From an uncultured Acidobacteriota bacterium (GTDB taxonomy: Bacteria; Acidobacteriota; Terriglobia; Terriglobales; Acidobacteriaceae), in contig CAWFVI010000006.1 in the NCBI GenBank assembly GCA_963819245.1, positions 8,155 through 72,154 of the forward strand: a stretch of 64,000 nucleotides of DNA, in the 5' to 3' direction. The stretch's first letter is position 1. Every line of letters starts with the position of its first letter. A program made the translations under genes and the position numbers. Under the pieces are notes generated by a model. It saw only the letters and a program-made list of their open reading frames with translations, did not search any database and was not told where the DNA came from. Of this stretch, positions 8,097-18,890 are shown in pieces.

Positions 8097-10129
8097 CACG
8101 CGTTTCCCTGTTCACGCTCTGTGCTTATGCCCATGAATTCTGGCATAGTTGCGTGACCTGGCCTGGAGATGCCAACGCACCTCACCACCTGCCCGGCGGT
8201 CCTTGCCAGAATCTTGAGGTCCAGCCATAAGCTCCAGTGGTCCACATACCACAGGTCAAGCTCAAACTTCCTATTCCAATCCAGAGCGTTCCTGCCATTC
8301 ACCTGTGCCCATCCTGTAATTCCCGGCTTCACTTCGTGTCGGCGCATCTGTTCCGACGAGTAGCGGTTGAGGTATTGCGGCAACAATGGCCGCGGACCGA
8401 CCAAGCTCATCTCACCGCGAATCACGTTAAACAGTTCCGGCAGTTCGTCGAGGCTGGTGCTGCGCAAGAAACGTCCAAGTGGTGTCAGGCGCTGCATGTC
8501 CGGAAGCAATTGGCCATTTGCGTCACGGGCATCGGTCATGGTGCGAAACTTGAGACACGTAAAGAGTTGGCCATGCGATCCCGGCCGACGCTGCCGAAAC
8601 AGAACGGGAGAGCCTAGAGACAACCGGCCGACTACAACAATCGCCGCCAAGAGCGGGGAGAGAACAATCAGTGCCGCCATTGCCGCGAGGAGATCAAAGG
8701 CTCGTTTTGCCCTTAGACTGAGTCGTGATACTCGCCGCGAATGCTCGCCCAGCATTCCGCGATACATCTCTGCATGCGCTTGCCAAATTATATCGGGGCG
8801 GGAGCTGCACTCCATCCAGTTGCGGCCGGCATCGCCCATATTGGTGCACATCGCTCGATTGCGCAGCACCTTGCCGACGGGCTCGGTCAGAGCTTTTATG
8901 TCTCCCGCCGGTACGATTCCCAGGACGATCTTATTGAAAATTCGGTCAAAATTACCTACGCCTATCGAAACCGACAATTCACGATCGTAAAATGCTCTCC
9001 CGTTACGACCCATGGCGGCTAGTTGCTGAGGACCGGCGTGGACGAGCGTCTTCACAGCCTCGGCAATGCTGTGCGGATTCCCCGGTTCACAGACCACACC
9101 AGCGCATGATTGTTTCACCAAGTCTGCAGCATCCCCGCGAACTCCCATCAGGATCGGCTTTCCCGCGGCAAGGTAAGCCTGCGTCTTCGATGGGATCGTG
9201 ATGCGAAACAATGGATCATCTTTCAAGTGCACCACCAAAGCATCAGCGCCGGCGAGGATGCTTCCCATGGCGTGCATCGGCTGTCGAGGCAAGAACTTGA
9301 CGTTGGCGAGTCGCATCTCCTTAGCCGTACTCTCCAAGCGGCGCCGTTCGACCCCACCGCCAATGAAGAGGAACTCGGCAGCCGGTACCGCAGTTCGACA
9401 GATTTGCGCGGCGCGAAGCACGCTGTCGAGGCCCTGGGCAAGCCCCATTGTGCCCGCAAAGAGAATGCAAAAACGGTTCGTTGCGCCCAATCGCGTTACA
9501 GATCTGCAGTCGTGTTTCAAGGCCGTTTCGTCGCACCAGTTGTAGATGATGTCAATTTTGTCCGGCGGAACTCCACGGCCGACCAGTTGTTCCTTAAAGC
9601 CACGGGAAGGCACCGTGATATGGCGGGCGCGACGATATATGAACTTACACAATTTGCCCAACAGTGTGAGGGCCGCCGGGTTGGACATCATACCGGAAGC
9701 AGTGACCGTGTCAGGCCAGAGGTCTTGAATGTCGTAAACGAAAGGCGTCCTTCGAATGAATCCGATCACCGCCGCGGCAAAGCCAACAGTAATGGGCGGA
9801 TGGTAGACGTACACGACGTCCGGCTTCCGGATCAAAGCTGTCCCGATCACTGCAGCCGATAGTGCAAAACTTATGTAATTGAGAGCCCGGTGAAAGCCGC
9901 AACTGTTGTGGCTCGGATAGAGCGCTAAGCGTAACACATTGATGCCGTCGATTTGTTCTCGTACCCAGGGGCGTATCCGGTAGCCGGGGTAGACCTCCCC
10001 ACCGGGATAGTTGGGGAAACCGGTTAGCACCTCCACCTCATGGCCACGCGCGGCCAGTTCTCGGGCAAATAGCAACCCTTTGAATGTGGGCTCCGGGTCA
10101 AACCACTGCGTCAAAATAAGAATCTTCAT
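8096..10129 (-). CDS. Fusion protein: N-terminal GT4 glycosyltransferase (WbuB-like) plus C-terminal small PglC/WbaP-type phosphoglycosyltransferase (bacterial sugar transferase domain)
   Basis: N-terminus 'MKILILTQWFDPEPTFKGLLFARELAARGHEVEVLTGFPNYPGG'. C-terminus 'RAFDLLAAMAALIVLSPLL...PVLFRQRRPG...FRTM...DELPELFNVIRGEMSLVGPRP...KPGITGWAQVNGRN'. One uninterrupted frame. Confidence 0.85.
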   Translation of the reverse strand: MKILILTQWFDPEPTFKGLLFARELAARGHEVEVLTGFPNYPGGEVYPGYRIRPWVREQIDGINVLRLALYPSHNSCGFHRALNYISFALSAAVIGTALIRKPDVVYVYHPPITVGFAAAVIGFIRRTPFVYDIQDLWPDTVTASGMMSNPAALTLLGKLCKFIYRRARHITVPSRGFKEQLVGRGVPPDKIDIIYNWCDETALKHDCRSVTRLGATNRFCILFAGTMGLAQGLDSVLRAAQICRTAVPAAEFLFIGGGVERRRLESTAKEMRLANVKFLPRQPMHAMGSILAGADALVVHLKDDPLFRITIPSKTQAYLAAGKPILMGVRGDAADLVKQSCAGVVCEPGNPHSIAEAVKTLVHAGPQQLAAMGRNGRAFYDRELSVSIGVGNFDRIFNKIVLGIVPAGDIKALTEPVGKVLRNRAMCTNMGDAGRNWMECSSRPDIIWQAHAEMYRGMLGEHSRRVSRLSLRAKRAFDLLAAMAALIVLSPLLAAIVVVGRLSLGSPVLFRQRRPGSHGQLFTCLKFRTMTDARDANGQLLPDMQRLTPLGRFLRSTSLDELPELFNVIRGEMSLVGPRPLLPQYLNRYSSEQMRRHEVKPGITGWAQVNGRNALDWNRKFELDLWYVDHWSLWLDLKILARTAGQVVRCVGISRPGHATMPEFMGISTEREQGNA

Positions 10130-10193
10130 ACACTCAGTGACAATCCGAACATCACAGCACCCGGTTCGCGCATTGCGTACAAATCTACGATTC

Positions 10194-11315
10194 TTACGCC
10201 TTAAGCCACACAACCCGGTTTACGTAGTTCACATAGCTATGAATGATCCGTACTACCTTTTCAGACACATTGGGAACACTGTAATCCGGCACAATTCGCA
10301 ATGCCCGCTGTTCGCCGGTTGGCTGTGCCTCCAATACCTTCAACGCATCTAGAACGCGCTCCGGATCCAGACCGGTCATCATAACGGATCCTTCTTCCAT
10401 GCCCTCAGGACGCTCATGGGCTTCGCGGATGTTCAGCGCCCGGAAATTGAGGATCGAGGATTCTTCTGTAATCGTGCCGCTGTCCGACAGAGTTGCCCGT
10501 GCCTTCATCATCAGATGGACATAGGCGGACAAGCCGATAGGCTTTATTAATCGGATATTTTCAGAAAAACTTACCCCCTCGGCGTCAATCCGCTTCCGCG
10601 TCCGCGGATGCACGGAGACAATCACGGGCAGCCGATATTTCGAAGCCAGGCTTTCCAAGACTCTTACTAGGTTTCGAAACTGCTCCGTTGAGTCGATGTT
10701 CTCTTCGCGATGCGCGCTCACCACGAAATAGCCATCTTCGGTCACGCCAAGGTTCGCCAAGATATCGGAGCGATCAATCTTCTGGCGATAGTGCATTAGC
10801 ACCTCGTACATGGGACTGCCGGTCTTGATGACCCGGTCCGGCGCGATCCCCTCGCGCAACAGATATTCGCGAGAGATGTTGCTGTATGGCAGGTTGATGT
10901 CGCTGATGTGGTCGACAATCTTCCGATTGATCTCCTCGGGAACCCGTTCATCGAAGCACCGGTTTCCAGCTTCCATGTGGAAGATGGGGATTTTTCTTCG
11001 CTTGGCTGCCAGCGCTGCGAGGCAACTGTTCGTGTCACCGAGAACCAGCACCGCGTCCGGTTGCACCTCGGCGAGCGCATCATCGGATTTTGTAATCACC
11101 AGACCAATTGTCTCGGCTGCATTCTTCCCCGCTGCTTCTAGAAAGTAATCGGGGCGCCGGATCTCCAGATCGTCAAAGAAAACCTGATTCAGTTCATGGT
11201 CGTAGTTCTGACCGGTGTGGATGAGTACGTGTTCCGTATGCCGGTCGAGTGCTGCGATCACCCGCGACAGCCGGATGATTTCTGGCCGCGTGCCCAGAAT
11301 CGTTGCCACCTTCAT
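10194..11315 (-). CDS. fnlC: UDP-N-acetylglucosamine 2-epimerase family (non-hydrolysing WecB family; FnlC/Cap5G-type by context)
   Basis: '[20 protein letters not shown]...HTGQNYD'. Immediately downstream of the FnlA/FnlB-like genes. Confidence 0.8.
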   Translation of the reverse strand: MKVATILGTRPEIIRLSRVIAALDRHTEHVLIHTGQNYDHELNQVFFDDLEIRRPDYFLEAAGKNAAETIGLVITKSDDALAEVQPDAVLVLGDTNSCLAALAAKRRKIPIFHMEAGNRCFDERVPEEINRKIVDHISDINLPYSNISREYLLREGIAPDRVIKTGSPMYEVLMHYRQKIDRSDILANLGVTEDGYFVVSAHREENIDSTEQFRNLVRVLESLASKYRLPVIVSVHPRTRKRIDAEGVSFSENIRLIKPIGLSAYVHLMMKARATLSDSGTITEESSILNFRALNIREAHERPEGMEEGSVMMTGLDPERVLDALKVLEAQPTGEQRALRIVPDYSVPNVSEKVVRIIHSYVNYVNRVVWLKA

Positions 11316-12463
11316 GCGTTCTCCAATGACAGAGACGGGCTTTGCTCCTCAAAATCGACGCGGAGATAGTAGGTATCCGGGCGATTCGGATCGAACATCT
11401 CACTCGACCAGAACAGAGTCACCATTTCGCCCGTGCCCACGTTTGTGATCGAGTGTGTGAATCCGGGTGGAATGTCAATCACCTTGTAGGCACTGCCGCT
11501 CACGAAATACTCTTCGACCGGACCACCTTCAACCGCCCTCATCCGGACCACGCCTTCTCCTTCCACTACGAAGAACTTCTCAGTCTTACTGTGGTGATAG
11601 TGGTTTCCTCGTGTTACTCCGGGCTTGGTTCTCGAAACGAAGATCTGACCAAAGTGCTTCTCTTTGATGAATTCCGCCAGGCTGCCGCGGGCATCGGACT
11701 TAATATCCAGGTTGTATGGTCGTGCCGCTGCCGGAACGTAGGAGAGATAGGTCGCATAAAGTGCGCGGTTGAACCAATCCGCAAAGTTCGGCGTAATCAT
11801 CGTAGCTCTCATCTCGTGGAAGGCCTGGATTCTCCCTGCAAGATCTCCGAGTCGAACGTGGTAGCTTGGAATCTCCTTACCAGCCTCCCTTGCGGTACAC
11901 AGCCCATCGATCTCCGCCAGGAACGCCGCCACTACATCATCCACATAGCTCAGTTCCACCTCGCGGGCGGGATCAGATATGGTAATCGGCAGATCGTTCG
12001 CGATGTTGTGGCAAAAGGTTGCCACAACTGAGTTGTAGTTGGGACGGCACCACTTCCCGAACAGGTTTTTCAGGCGGTAGATTCGAACGCAGGCTCCGGT
12101 CTCTCGGGCAAATTGTCGCAACGCTTTCTCTGCCTTCGCCTTGCTAGCCCCATAGGGATTCGCCACTTCAGCCTGGATCGAGGAACTGAAGACGATCTTG
12201 GGAGCACGTCCACCTTCCCGCAAGATTTGGCATAACTGCTCCGTGAGTTCCGCGTTCCCTCTATCGAAATCGATCGGATCTTGGGGCCGGTTGACGCCGG
12301 CCAGATGAAAGATAACATCGGTCCCAAGCAGACAATTCCTCAGATCCTCGGCCGAATCCTCTCGACCAAGAATCGTGGTCTCGCAGTCTTTGCGCTCAAG
12401 CAGGTGGGCCGCCAGATTGCGGCCCAGGAACCCGCGTCCGCCGGTGATGAGAATTCTGATCAC
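11312..12463 (-). CDS. fnlB: CapF/FnlB-type bifunctional reductase/epimerase (N-terminal SDR, C-terminal cupin)
   Basis: '[16 protein letters not shown]' SDR motif and C-terminal cupin '[21 protein letters not shown]'. Likely GTG start at 12463 in a GTGA overlap with the upstream stop. Confidence 0.8.
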   Translation of the reverse strand: MIRILITGGRGFLGRNLAAHLLERKDCETTILGREDSAEDLRNCLLGTDVIFHLAGVNRPQDPIDFDRGNAELTEQLCQILREGGRAPKIVFSSSIQAEVANPYGASKAKAEKALRQFARETGACVRIYRLKNLFGKWCRPNYNSVVATFCHNIANDLPITISDPAREVELSYVDDVVAAFLAEIDGLCTAREAGKEIPSYHVRLGDLAGRIQAFHEMRATMITPNFADWFNRALYATYLSYVPAAARPYNLDIKSDARGSLAEFIKEKHFGQIFVSRTKPGVTRGNHYHHSKTEKFFVVEGEGVVRMRAVEGGPVEEYFVSGSAYKVIDIPPGFTHSITNVGTGEMVTLFWSSEMFDPNRPDTYYLRVDFEEQSPSLSLENA

Positions 12464-13497
12464 ACCAGCACCGCCTTGCCCTTCATGGCATCCTGCACGC
12501 ACTCCAGTTTCAACAGCAGGTTCATCATCGCATCCACGTCCAGCAACTCCGTGTTGTGGGAGTTGTAGTCCGCGGCTTCGGATACTTCGGTTTTCCCTTT
12601 GCTGAAAAAGCTCGAGTAATTCAGATCCCGCGCGTCGGCTGGCACCCGGTAGTAATGGCCAAGATCCTCGGCCTGGGCCATCTCTTCACGGTTCAGGAGA
12701 GTTTCATACAGTTTCTCCCCGTGCCGTGTACCGATGACCCGGATCTCGTTCTTTGCTTCCAGAAGTCTGAGCATGGCTTGCGCCAGCGTGCAGATTGTTG
12801 CCGACGGAGCCTTCTGCACGAAAATGTCTCCCGGCGCGCCGCGCGTGAATGCATACAACACCAGCTCCACTGCCCCCTCAATGGTCATCATGAAGCGGGT
12901 CATATTGGGATCGGTCACGGTTAGAGGCTCCCCGGCCAAGATCTGATTCAGAAATAGCGGAATCACCGATCCCCGGGATGCCATTACATTTCCATACCGC
13001 GTCCCGCAGAATATGGTGGAGCTCTCTCCATACATTCGCGCCTTGGCCACCATGCACTTCTCCATCAATGCCTTTGACATCCCCATCGCGTTCACGGGAT
13101 ATACCGCCTTGTCCGTGCTCAATACGATCACCCTGCTGACATCGGAGGCAACCGCTGCTTTCATCACGTTCTCAGCGCCCAGCGTGTTTGTCTGCACGGC
13201 CTCGAGGGGGAAGAACTCACAGGATGGAACCTGCTTCAGCGCCGCCGCATGAAACACAAAGTCCACGCCGCGCATAGCATGCAAAACGCTGTCGTAGTTC
13301 CTCACATCGCCGAGGTAAAACTTCACCGCAGCGTTCTTAAGCCGGCCGCGCATATCGTCCTGCTTCTTCTCATCCCGGCTGAAAATCCGGATCTCGCCAA
13401 AGCCAACCTTGCCAGCCATGTCGACCACGGCATTGCCGAAGGTTCCGGTTCCACCGGTGATCAAGAGAGTCTTCCCGACAAATGTGTTTGCGTTCAT
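12460..13497 (-). CDS. fnlA: CapE/FnlA-type UDP-GlcNAc 4,6-dehydratase/5-epimerase
   Basis: 'FVGKTLLITGGTGTFGNAVV', 'AAALKQVP', 'STDKAVYPVNAMGMSKAL'. SD-like AAGGCAGGA precedes the ATG at 13497. Confidence 0.85.
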   Translation of the reverse strand: MNANTFVGKTLLITGGTGTFGNAVVDMAGKVGFGEIRIFSRDEKKQDDMRGRLKNAAVKFYLGDVRNYDSVLHAMRGVDFVFHAAALKQVPSCEFFPLEAVQTNTLGAENVMKAAVASDVSRVIVLSTDKAVYPVNAMGMSKALMEKCMVAKARMYGESSTIFCGTRYGNVMASRGSVIPLFLNQILAGEPLTVTDPNMTRFMMTIEGAVELVLYAFTRGAPGDIFVQKAPSATICTLAQAMLRLLEAKNEIRVIGTRHGEKLYETLLNREEMAQAEDLGHYYRVPADARDLNYSSFFSKGKTEVSEAADYNSHNTELLDVDAMMNLLLKLECVQDAMKGKAVLV

Positions 13498-13540
13498 TTC
13501 TGATCCTGCCTTCTTTCTGCCATACAACCTCGGATCCGGC

Positions 13541-16237
13541 TCACTTCCCCGTCGTGATCGCAGTTAGCTTCACTGTTCCTGGCCCCGCCGCCCTCAGCAG
13601 CAATCTGTTTTCTCCTGCTTTTAGCTGCGGCCCATGATTGGCAGACACGCTCCGTAGCAAAACGCCGTTAGCGTCGAAGACACGAATCGGCCCGTCACTC
13701 CAATACTCGGCATAATTTCCCGTCGTCATCTCTCCCGGAATCGCGATTGTCGCGCTTCCGGTTGAAAGCTGAACTTGCTTCAACCCGCTCTCCCGCTCTT
13801 CCAGAGCTTCCACAAGGCTGACCCGGCATCGCAGTCCACTACCTGCCGCATAACGCATCCAGCGCAGATTGAGCGCAACCACATTCCCATAATTGAAGCT
13901 GTACATCGCCGCCTTAAACAGATAGTTCGAAGGAGCCGGCCGGAACTCAGCGAGCGTTCGGCTGGTTCCAGGCTCAGGGAGAAGAACCGTCTTTGTGCCC
14001 CTGAAATCCAGATCAACGTAATAGTCGCGATAAATTTTGTTGCCGGTTTCCAGTTGGAGATTCAGAACAGGACTCTCACCTGAAGCTTGCGTCGGCCCCT
14101 CGACGTCCAGTCGCACAGCCAGTGCACGATGCTTTGTCAGGTCGAGCGCTTTGCCGGTAGTTCGGTCACTCGCCCCGACCATGAACACGCTGCCTTGATC
14201 CTGCGCCGCCTTACTTAGCTCGACGCGCTGAGTTAGGGCGCCTGGCATCGCATCCTTACTGCTGGGTGGTGGGATTTCAACCGGCAGTTGGCTATTTAGC
14301 AGCATAATGTTTGCCGGGTCGCCAGGGTTCGCGAGTTCCGGCGTCACTTGCAGGCGGAATTTCAGCGGCTGCTCTTCGAACTCGTTCTTCAGCGTGATTT
14401 CGCCCGGTGTGGCCGCGCGTTGCGCGTCATAACGAATCGGATGAAACTCTCCGCGCCGAGTCATGTGCCACTCGCCCTGCGTTAACTGTTGGCGCACTGC
14501 CTTCGGCACCGCGCCGCTTAACCGCAACTGCTCATACTCGCGGAGCAGTTCCAGCATCTCGCCGCTGCGGCCATTGGCTTTGAGCGCACTCAGGTTTGTT
14601 TCAAGAGAAACGGCCGAGTCCAGCGCCAGCATCCGTACCGCGTAGTATTCCAATTCGTCGGGTGTGGTCGCGGGGTGATCCGGCGTATCTTGGAGGAATC
14701 CCAGCCAGCCCAGTTCCGCAGGCAAGAAATTGTCGTGGTAGAAGCGGCGGGAATCGGCAATCTTGTGATAGTCGAGATGCTGCTTCACCGCCACCGCAGA
14801 GTAATCGTCGCAGGTGCCGCGGGTGAAGATATGCCACGACCAGTCCGTCACGCCTGAACCCTGCACTAGTAGGTCGCGTTTCGACCGCGCCCAGATCTGT
14901 AACTGTTGCACGCCTGTCCAGTACCAGGCTGGCCCGTCCGCGCTATTCGTTTCCCCGCCGTCGAAATAAATCATGTCGAAGCCTACGCGGTTGATCAGCC
15001 CAGATATGCGATTTGAAATGGTACCGGCGAGCGGCGAGCGGGGATTCGCCAGGTACTCGCCATCCCGCTCGGCCAGATGTTCGATCTTCGCGCCGGCCTT
15101 GTGCGGCCCGGAGGTCGTACCGGCAAACCCACGCTGGCACTGCAGAAACTTCGCACCGTCTACCCGGCCGCAGTGAATAAGCTCATTGTCGATTACGACG
15201 TCGGATGAGTTTCCTTGCATCGAAGAGCCCATTGCCGACGTCGCTTGCAGTTCTGTCTGTTTTTCGTTCACATCCGCCCCAAGCGCGGTCTCGCCGTCCT
15301 TGAGCAACCCAGGATCCGGCTTCGGCGTGACCAACGGATCGTTCTTTCCCACGAGGCTGGTCAACATGTGCATGCCGACTTTGAGTCCGGCCGCGTGGCA
15401 TTTGTCGATCACTGATTTGAGGCCTGCCTCTCCATGGGGAAAGCTCTTAAGATTGATCGGATAGGAGCCTAGCGACGCGGACCAAGTACCGGAGTAGATG
15501 AGAATGTAACGAAAGCCACCCATTTTCGAGTAGCGGATCGTTTCGTCGGAATTGGCTTCGGTCAGATCAGTGAAGAGATAGCTAGTCCGTGCGTCCGCCG
15601 AAAGCTTGGCCCAAGTACCGCCGATCGTCGGGGAGGGAAGCTGGAAATCATGCTCGACCTTCTGCACTACATCCAAGAACCCTGGCGTAGGTACTGCGAT
15701 TAGCGCAACGCGTTGCCCTTGTATGGAGAATTCTGGATAAACAGAAGCCGATACGACTTGACCCGTGATCCTGGAATCCACCTGTTGGCTCAATCCCATC
15801 AGACATATGGAAAAGTCGTCGTTCCATCGAACGCCGAGCAATCCGCCCGCATTTGCCAGAGAAGTGCTGAGCTGCATGAGCCTGACCTCCTCGATGCCGT
15901 TCCCTTGCACTTGCGTCAACTCGACCACGAGATAGTCTGCCGACGTAGTGATCCGGTAGTCCGCAGATATGCCCGAGGTCCCGAAAGTGACATGGAACAG
16001 CGCACCTTGCTTCTCAATCGCGGAGGCTGGGAAAATTTGGCCACTTTTCCGGACTGCGGAGAACGGCAGTCTCTCTGGCTGCAGTTGCTCCTTTCCGTTT
16101 TGTTTGTCAATCAGACTGCTTGCCGTGCCATCCGCCCCGATCACGAGTCGCGATACGCCGGTTTCGAACACAAAGGTTTCCGCGCGTGCAGCGTTCACTG
16201 CCGCAAAAGCCAGCGCCAACGCCAGAATCAGCTTCAT
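13541..16237 (-). CDS. Large secreted protein of unknown function; central region has TIM-barrel glycosidase-like motifs (distant clan GH-D/GH36-like pattern), C-terminal beta-rich region
   Basis: Signal peptide 'MKLILALALAFAAVNAARA'. Motifs 'GGFRYILIYSGTW', 'GLKSVIDKCHAAGLKVGMHM', 'GFDMIYFDGGE'. Confidence 0.8.
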   Translation of the reverse strand: MKLILALALAFAAVNAARAETFVFETGVSRLVIGADGTASSLIDKQNGKEQLQPERLPFSAVRKSGQIFPASAIEKQGALFHVTFGTSGISADYRITTSADYLVVELTQVQGNGIEEVRLMQLSTSLANAGGLLGVRWNDDFSICLMGLSQQVDSRITGQVVSASVYPEFSIQGQRVALIAVPTPGFLDVVQKVEHDFQLPSPTIGGTWAKLSADARTSYLFTDLTEANSDETIRYSKMGGFRYILIYSGTWSASLGSYPINLKSFPHGEAGLKSVIDKCHAAGLKVGMHMLTSLVGKNDPLVTPKPDPGLLKDGETALGADVNEKQTELQATSAMGSSMQGNSSDVVIDNELIHCGRVDGAKFLQCQRGFAGTTSGPHKAGAKIEHLAERDGEYLANPRSPLAGTISNRISGLINRVGFDMIYFDGGETNSADGPAWYWTGVQQLQIWARSKRDLLVQGSGVTDWSWHIFTRGTCDDYSAVAVKQHLDYHKIADSRRFYHDNFLPAELGWLGFLQDTPDHPATTPDELEYYAVRMLALDSAVSLETNLSALKANGRSGEMLELLREYEQLRLSGAVPKAVRQQLTQGEWHMTRRGEFHPIRYDAQRAATPGEITLKNEFEEQPLKFRLQVTPELANPGDPANIMLLNSQLPVEIPPPSSKDAMPGALTQRVELSKAAQDQGSVFMVGASDRTTGKALDLTKHRALAVRLDVEGPTQASGESPVLNLQLETGNKIYRDYYVDLDFRGTKTVLLPEPGTSRTLAEFRPAPSNYLFKAAMYSFNYGNVVALNLRWMRYAAGSGLRCRVSLVEALEERESGLKQVQLSTGSATIAIPGEMTTGNYAEYWSDGPIRVFDANGVLLRSVSANHGPQLKAGENRLLLRAAGPGTVKLTAITTGK

Positions 16238-16452
16238 ATCGGTAACTGTTGCCGTAGTGCGTCTCACTACCATCAATGGAAGTTCAAACAGCCGACACTA
16301 GGGTTTCCCGCCATTTCCGAGTTTCTTATCCTTGGTCTTGGCGAACCCGTCTTCGTCGAACGCTAACTGTTACAGAGGTCGGAGCTTGGGGGGTGATTGA
16401 ATGCCGATGCGAAAACCGGAGCTGATCTCAGACCGATCGGTCCAACAACGTT

Positions 16453-17571
16453 TTACCGTGCCAGTGAACTCTCCAGGAAAGCTTCTCTAGAAACTGTAGA
16501 TGACCGTTTCACTATCCAGTGCTTCATGGGAGTTTCAAACCAGCGAAAACTAAGAAGACTCAGGCCAATTACGATCAGGAGATATACGACGAAAAACTCT
16601 CCAATTTGGTCCAGATGAGCTCGTTCGACGAAGTGCCAGACGGGAATATGGAGCAAGTACATTGCGTAACTTGATTCACCAAGCACGACGAGAACAGGGT
16701 GTGAGAAGATGCGTTCCAACGTTCTGTTGCCGCCGCTAGCAAAGCTGATGATTGAAAGAGCAAAAATCGGAATTAAGAGGCCGTCGTGGATGACGCCAAA
16801 TGGAATGGACACGGCATAATGAACCACAAGGCCAAACAAACAGATCGATAGGCATATCAAGGGCACGCAGCACTGCTGGAGAGTTTGGCGGGAATCTTCA
16901 TCCGCCATGGTGTTCGTATGCCAACGAGCCAGAAGGATTCCTGCGACGAATTCCGGAATATGGAAAAGTGGGTTGTACATCAGCCCTTCACGACCGATAT
17001 TGAATCTCGGACCGACAAGAGGGACCGTTATTGCTACGATGTAACAAGCTCCAATGAGAAGCAGGGCAGCACGGCTCGAAAAATGCCACAACCAGAATGC
17101 GATGAAGGGAAATATCAAATAAAACACCGTTTCAACTGCCAACGACCAGTTAGGATTATCGATACCGCGGAGCCTTAATACCCAGGATTGAAGCATTGCG
17201 AGGTTTCCGAGAAATGTGACGGTAGTCTTAGTTATCGCATCAGTGATTCCATACATTGAAATGCGAGTGGCCAAGAGATTAGGCAAGTCCAGAATCAGCG
17301 TGAGAACAAACAGGGGGTAAATGCGGGCGAACCGTGTGAGCCAAAATCGCTTTCGATCTAGAGTTGCGCCCTTCGACAAGTAAACAACCGCCAGTATATA
17401 GCCGGAAAGCGTGAAAAAAAAGCTCACGGAGGTGAAACCAAGACTTATAAATTTCGCGACTGGCGGATAATTTACTCGCAACGCAAAGGGAATCGTATGA
17501 TAGAGGATGACAAATAGTGCTGCGAAAAACCGCAAGGACGTAAGAGGGAGTATTTTTTGATCAGCTTGCAT
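16453..17571 (-). CDS. Acyltransferase family 3 membrane protein (polysaccharide O-acetyltransferase type)
   Basis: 'LTSLRFFAALFVILYHT', about 10 TM segments. Confidence 0.85.
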   Translation of the reverse strand: MQADQKILPLTSLRFFAALFVILYHTIPFALRVNYPPVAKFISLGFTSVSFFFTLSGYILAVVYLSKGATLDRKRFWLTRFARIYPLFVLTLILDLPNLLATRISMYGITDAITKTTVTFLGNLAMLQSWVLRLRGIDNPNWSLAVETVFYLIFPFIAFWLWHFSSRAALLLIGACYIVAITVPLVGPRFNIGREGLMYNPLFHIPEFVAGILLARWHTNTMADEDSRQTLQQCCVPLICLSICLFGLVVHYAVSIPFGVIHDGLLIPIFALSIISFASGGNRTLERIFSHPVLVVLGESSYAMYLLHIPVWHFVERAHLDQIGEFFVVYLLIVIGLSLLSFRWFETPMKHWIVKRSSTVSREAFLESSLAR

Positions 17572-17636
17572 GATGGGTTCACCGAGCTTTGAATTCAGCT
17601 CCGCTTTATCGGCTAATGATTACCCAAGCTATCGTG

Positions 17637-18890
17637 CTAGCGGGCTTTAAAAGTGGCTGAGTCTTTGGAGACATCAAGGTTAAGCGCGGCCTCAAACGTC
17701 GCAAGATGCTGACGTACTGCCTCTTCCACGGAGAACCGCCGGCCGTATTGCTGAGCGCCAGCCAAATAGACTGCATATGTTTGCTGGTCCATATCGACGC
17801 ACTTCTGGAGCGCAGTAACCCATCCTGCGCGGTCGCTCAAGGAGATATCGAAACCAGCCTGCAGCTCAAATAGTCCTGTCCATGGCGTGGCGTCGCTGAG
17901 CACGACCGGCGTGCCGTTGACGAACGATTCCACTGCCGCGTGACAGAAGTTCTCGCCCCTTGTCGGCAGGACGAAGAAATGATGGTCGTGCAGCACTTGC
18001 GGTACGGCGGAATGGTCCAGTGACCCCCGGTATTCAACCTTGACGTTACCCGGAAGTTGCGTCAGCAGTGTTTTGCACCTTCCCCAGTAGGCCTCATCAC
18101 TTTCCGCCACAGGACCAAAAAGGTTGAGTTGGACTTCCCCTCGGATCTTCTGCAGAAGCTCAAGCAGGAAGTGCAGGTTCTTCATTTCGCTCATCCTTGC
18201 GATGAACGTGAGCTTCACCGACCCCGATTCCTTTGCCACGTGCGGAGCCGTCGAAGCAATCGCGTCGCTTATTTCGTAGGCAACATAGATGGAGTCGGGG
18301 TTAAGTCGCCGCGCCGGCGCTGCGCGCAATAAATCCGGTTTCTCGCGAGGAGTAGAAACTTTCCACAGTAAATCGTCATATAGGCCTAGCTGCTTCGCCG
18401 CTTGCCGGTAAACGACTTTCTTTGTCCCTTTGATTTTCATCGCCTCCGGAGAGAATTCTCCCCGCGGTGCCAGCAGAATTGGAGTACTCCCAAACGCGCC
18501 CCGGCGGCGGAGCCGCACTGCCATTCGCGTGAACGTATCTTGAAACGAGTTCAGGCTGATCACATCCGGCCGCACCTCTCGAAAGGCGCGGCGAAGAACT
18601 GCTGGCCTGATCGAAGAACAATACAGGACCCGCGCACTTCCAACTCGGTACCACTTGTTCGGCGTCAGGCCAGGATAGCTCTGGGTATCCGTGGCATCTC
18701 TATCTCGTGTAACCACGTAGAAATCAAAGTGTGTGTTGAGACCGTTGACCATGTTCGCGATCGAGCGGATAGGCCCACCACATTTGTATCCAGGAAGATA
18801 GTAGGGAGCGCAAACAAGCACGCGTTTACGACCCTCGAAACTGTTCGCCGGTGCCAAAGCCTCCGTGATAGGTTCAATCAGCACCGACAT
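17637..18890 (-). CDS. Glycosyltransferase family 4
   Basis: 'VLVCAPYYLPGYKCGGPIRSI' N-domain, 'FFVLPTRGENFCHAAVESFVNGTPVVLSD' C-domain. Confidence 0.85.
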   Translation of the reverse strand: MSVLIEPITEALAPANSFEGRKRVLVCAPYYLPGYKCGGPIRSIANMVNGLNTHFDFYVVTRDRDATDTQSYPGLTPNKWYRVGSARVLYCSSIRPAVLRRAFREVRPDVISLNSFQDTFTRMAVRLRRRGAFGSTPILLAPRGEFSPEAMKIKGTKKVVYRQAAKQLGLYDDLLWKVSTPREKPDLLRAAPARRLNPDSIYVAYEISDAIASTAPHVAKESGSVKLTFIARMSEMKNLHFLLELLQKIRGEVQLNLFGPVAESDEAYWGRCKTLLTQLPGNVKVEYRGSLDHSAVPQVLHDHHFFVLPTRGENFCHAAVESFVNGTPVVLSDATPWTGLFELQAGFDISLSDRAGWVTALQKCVDMDQQTYAVYLAGAQQYGRRFSVEEAVRQHLATFEAALNLDVSKDSATFKAR

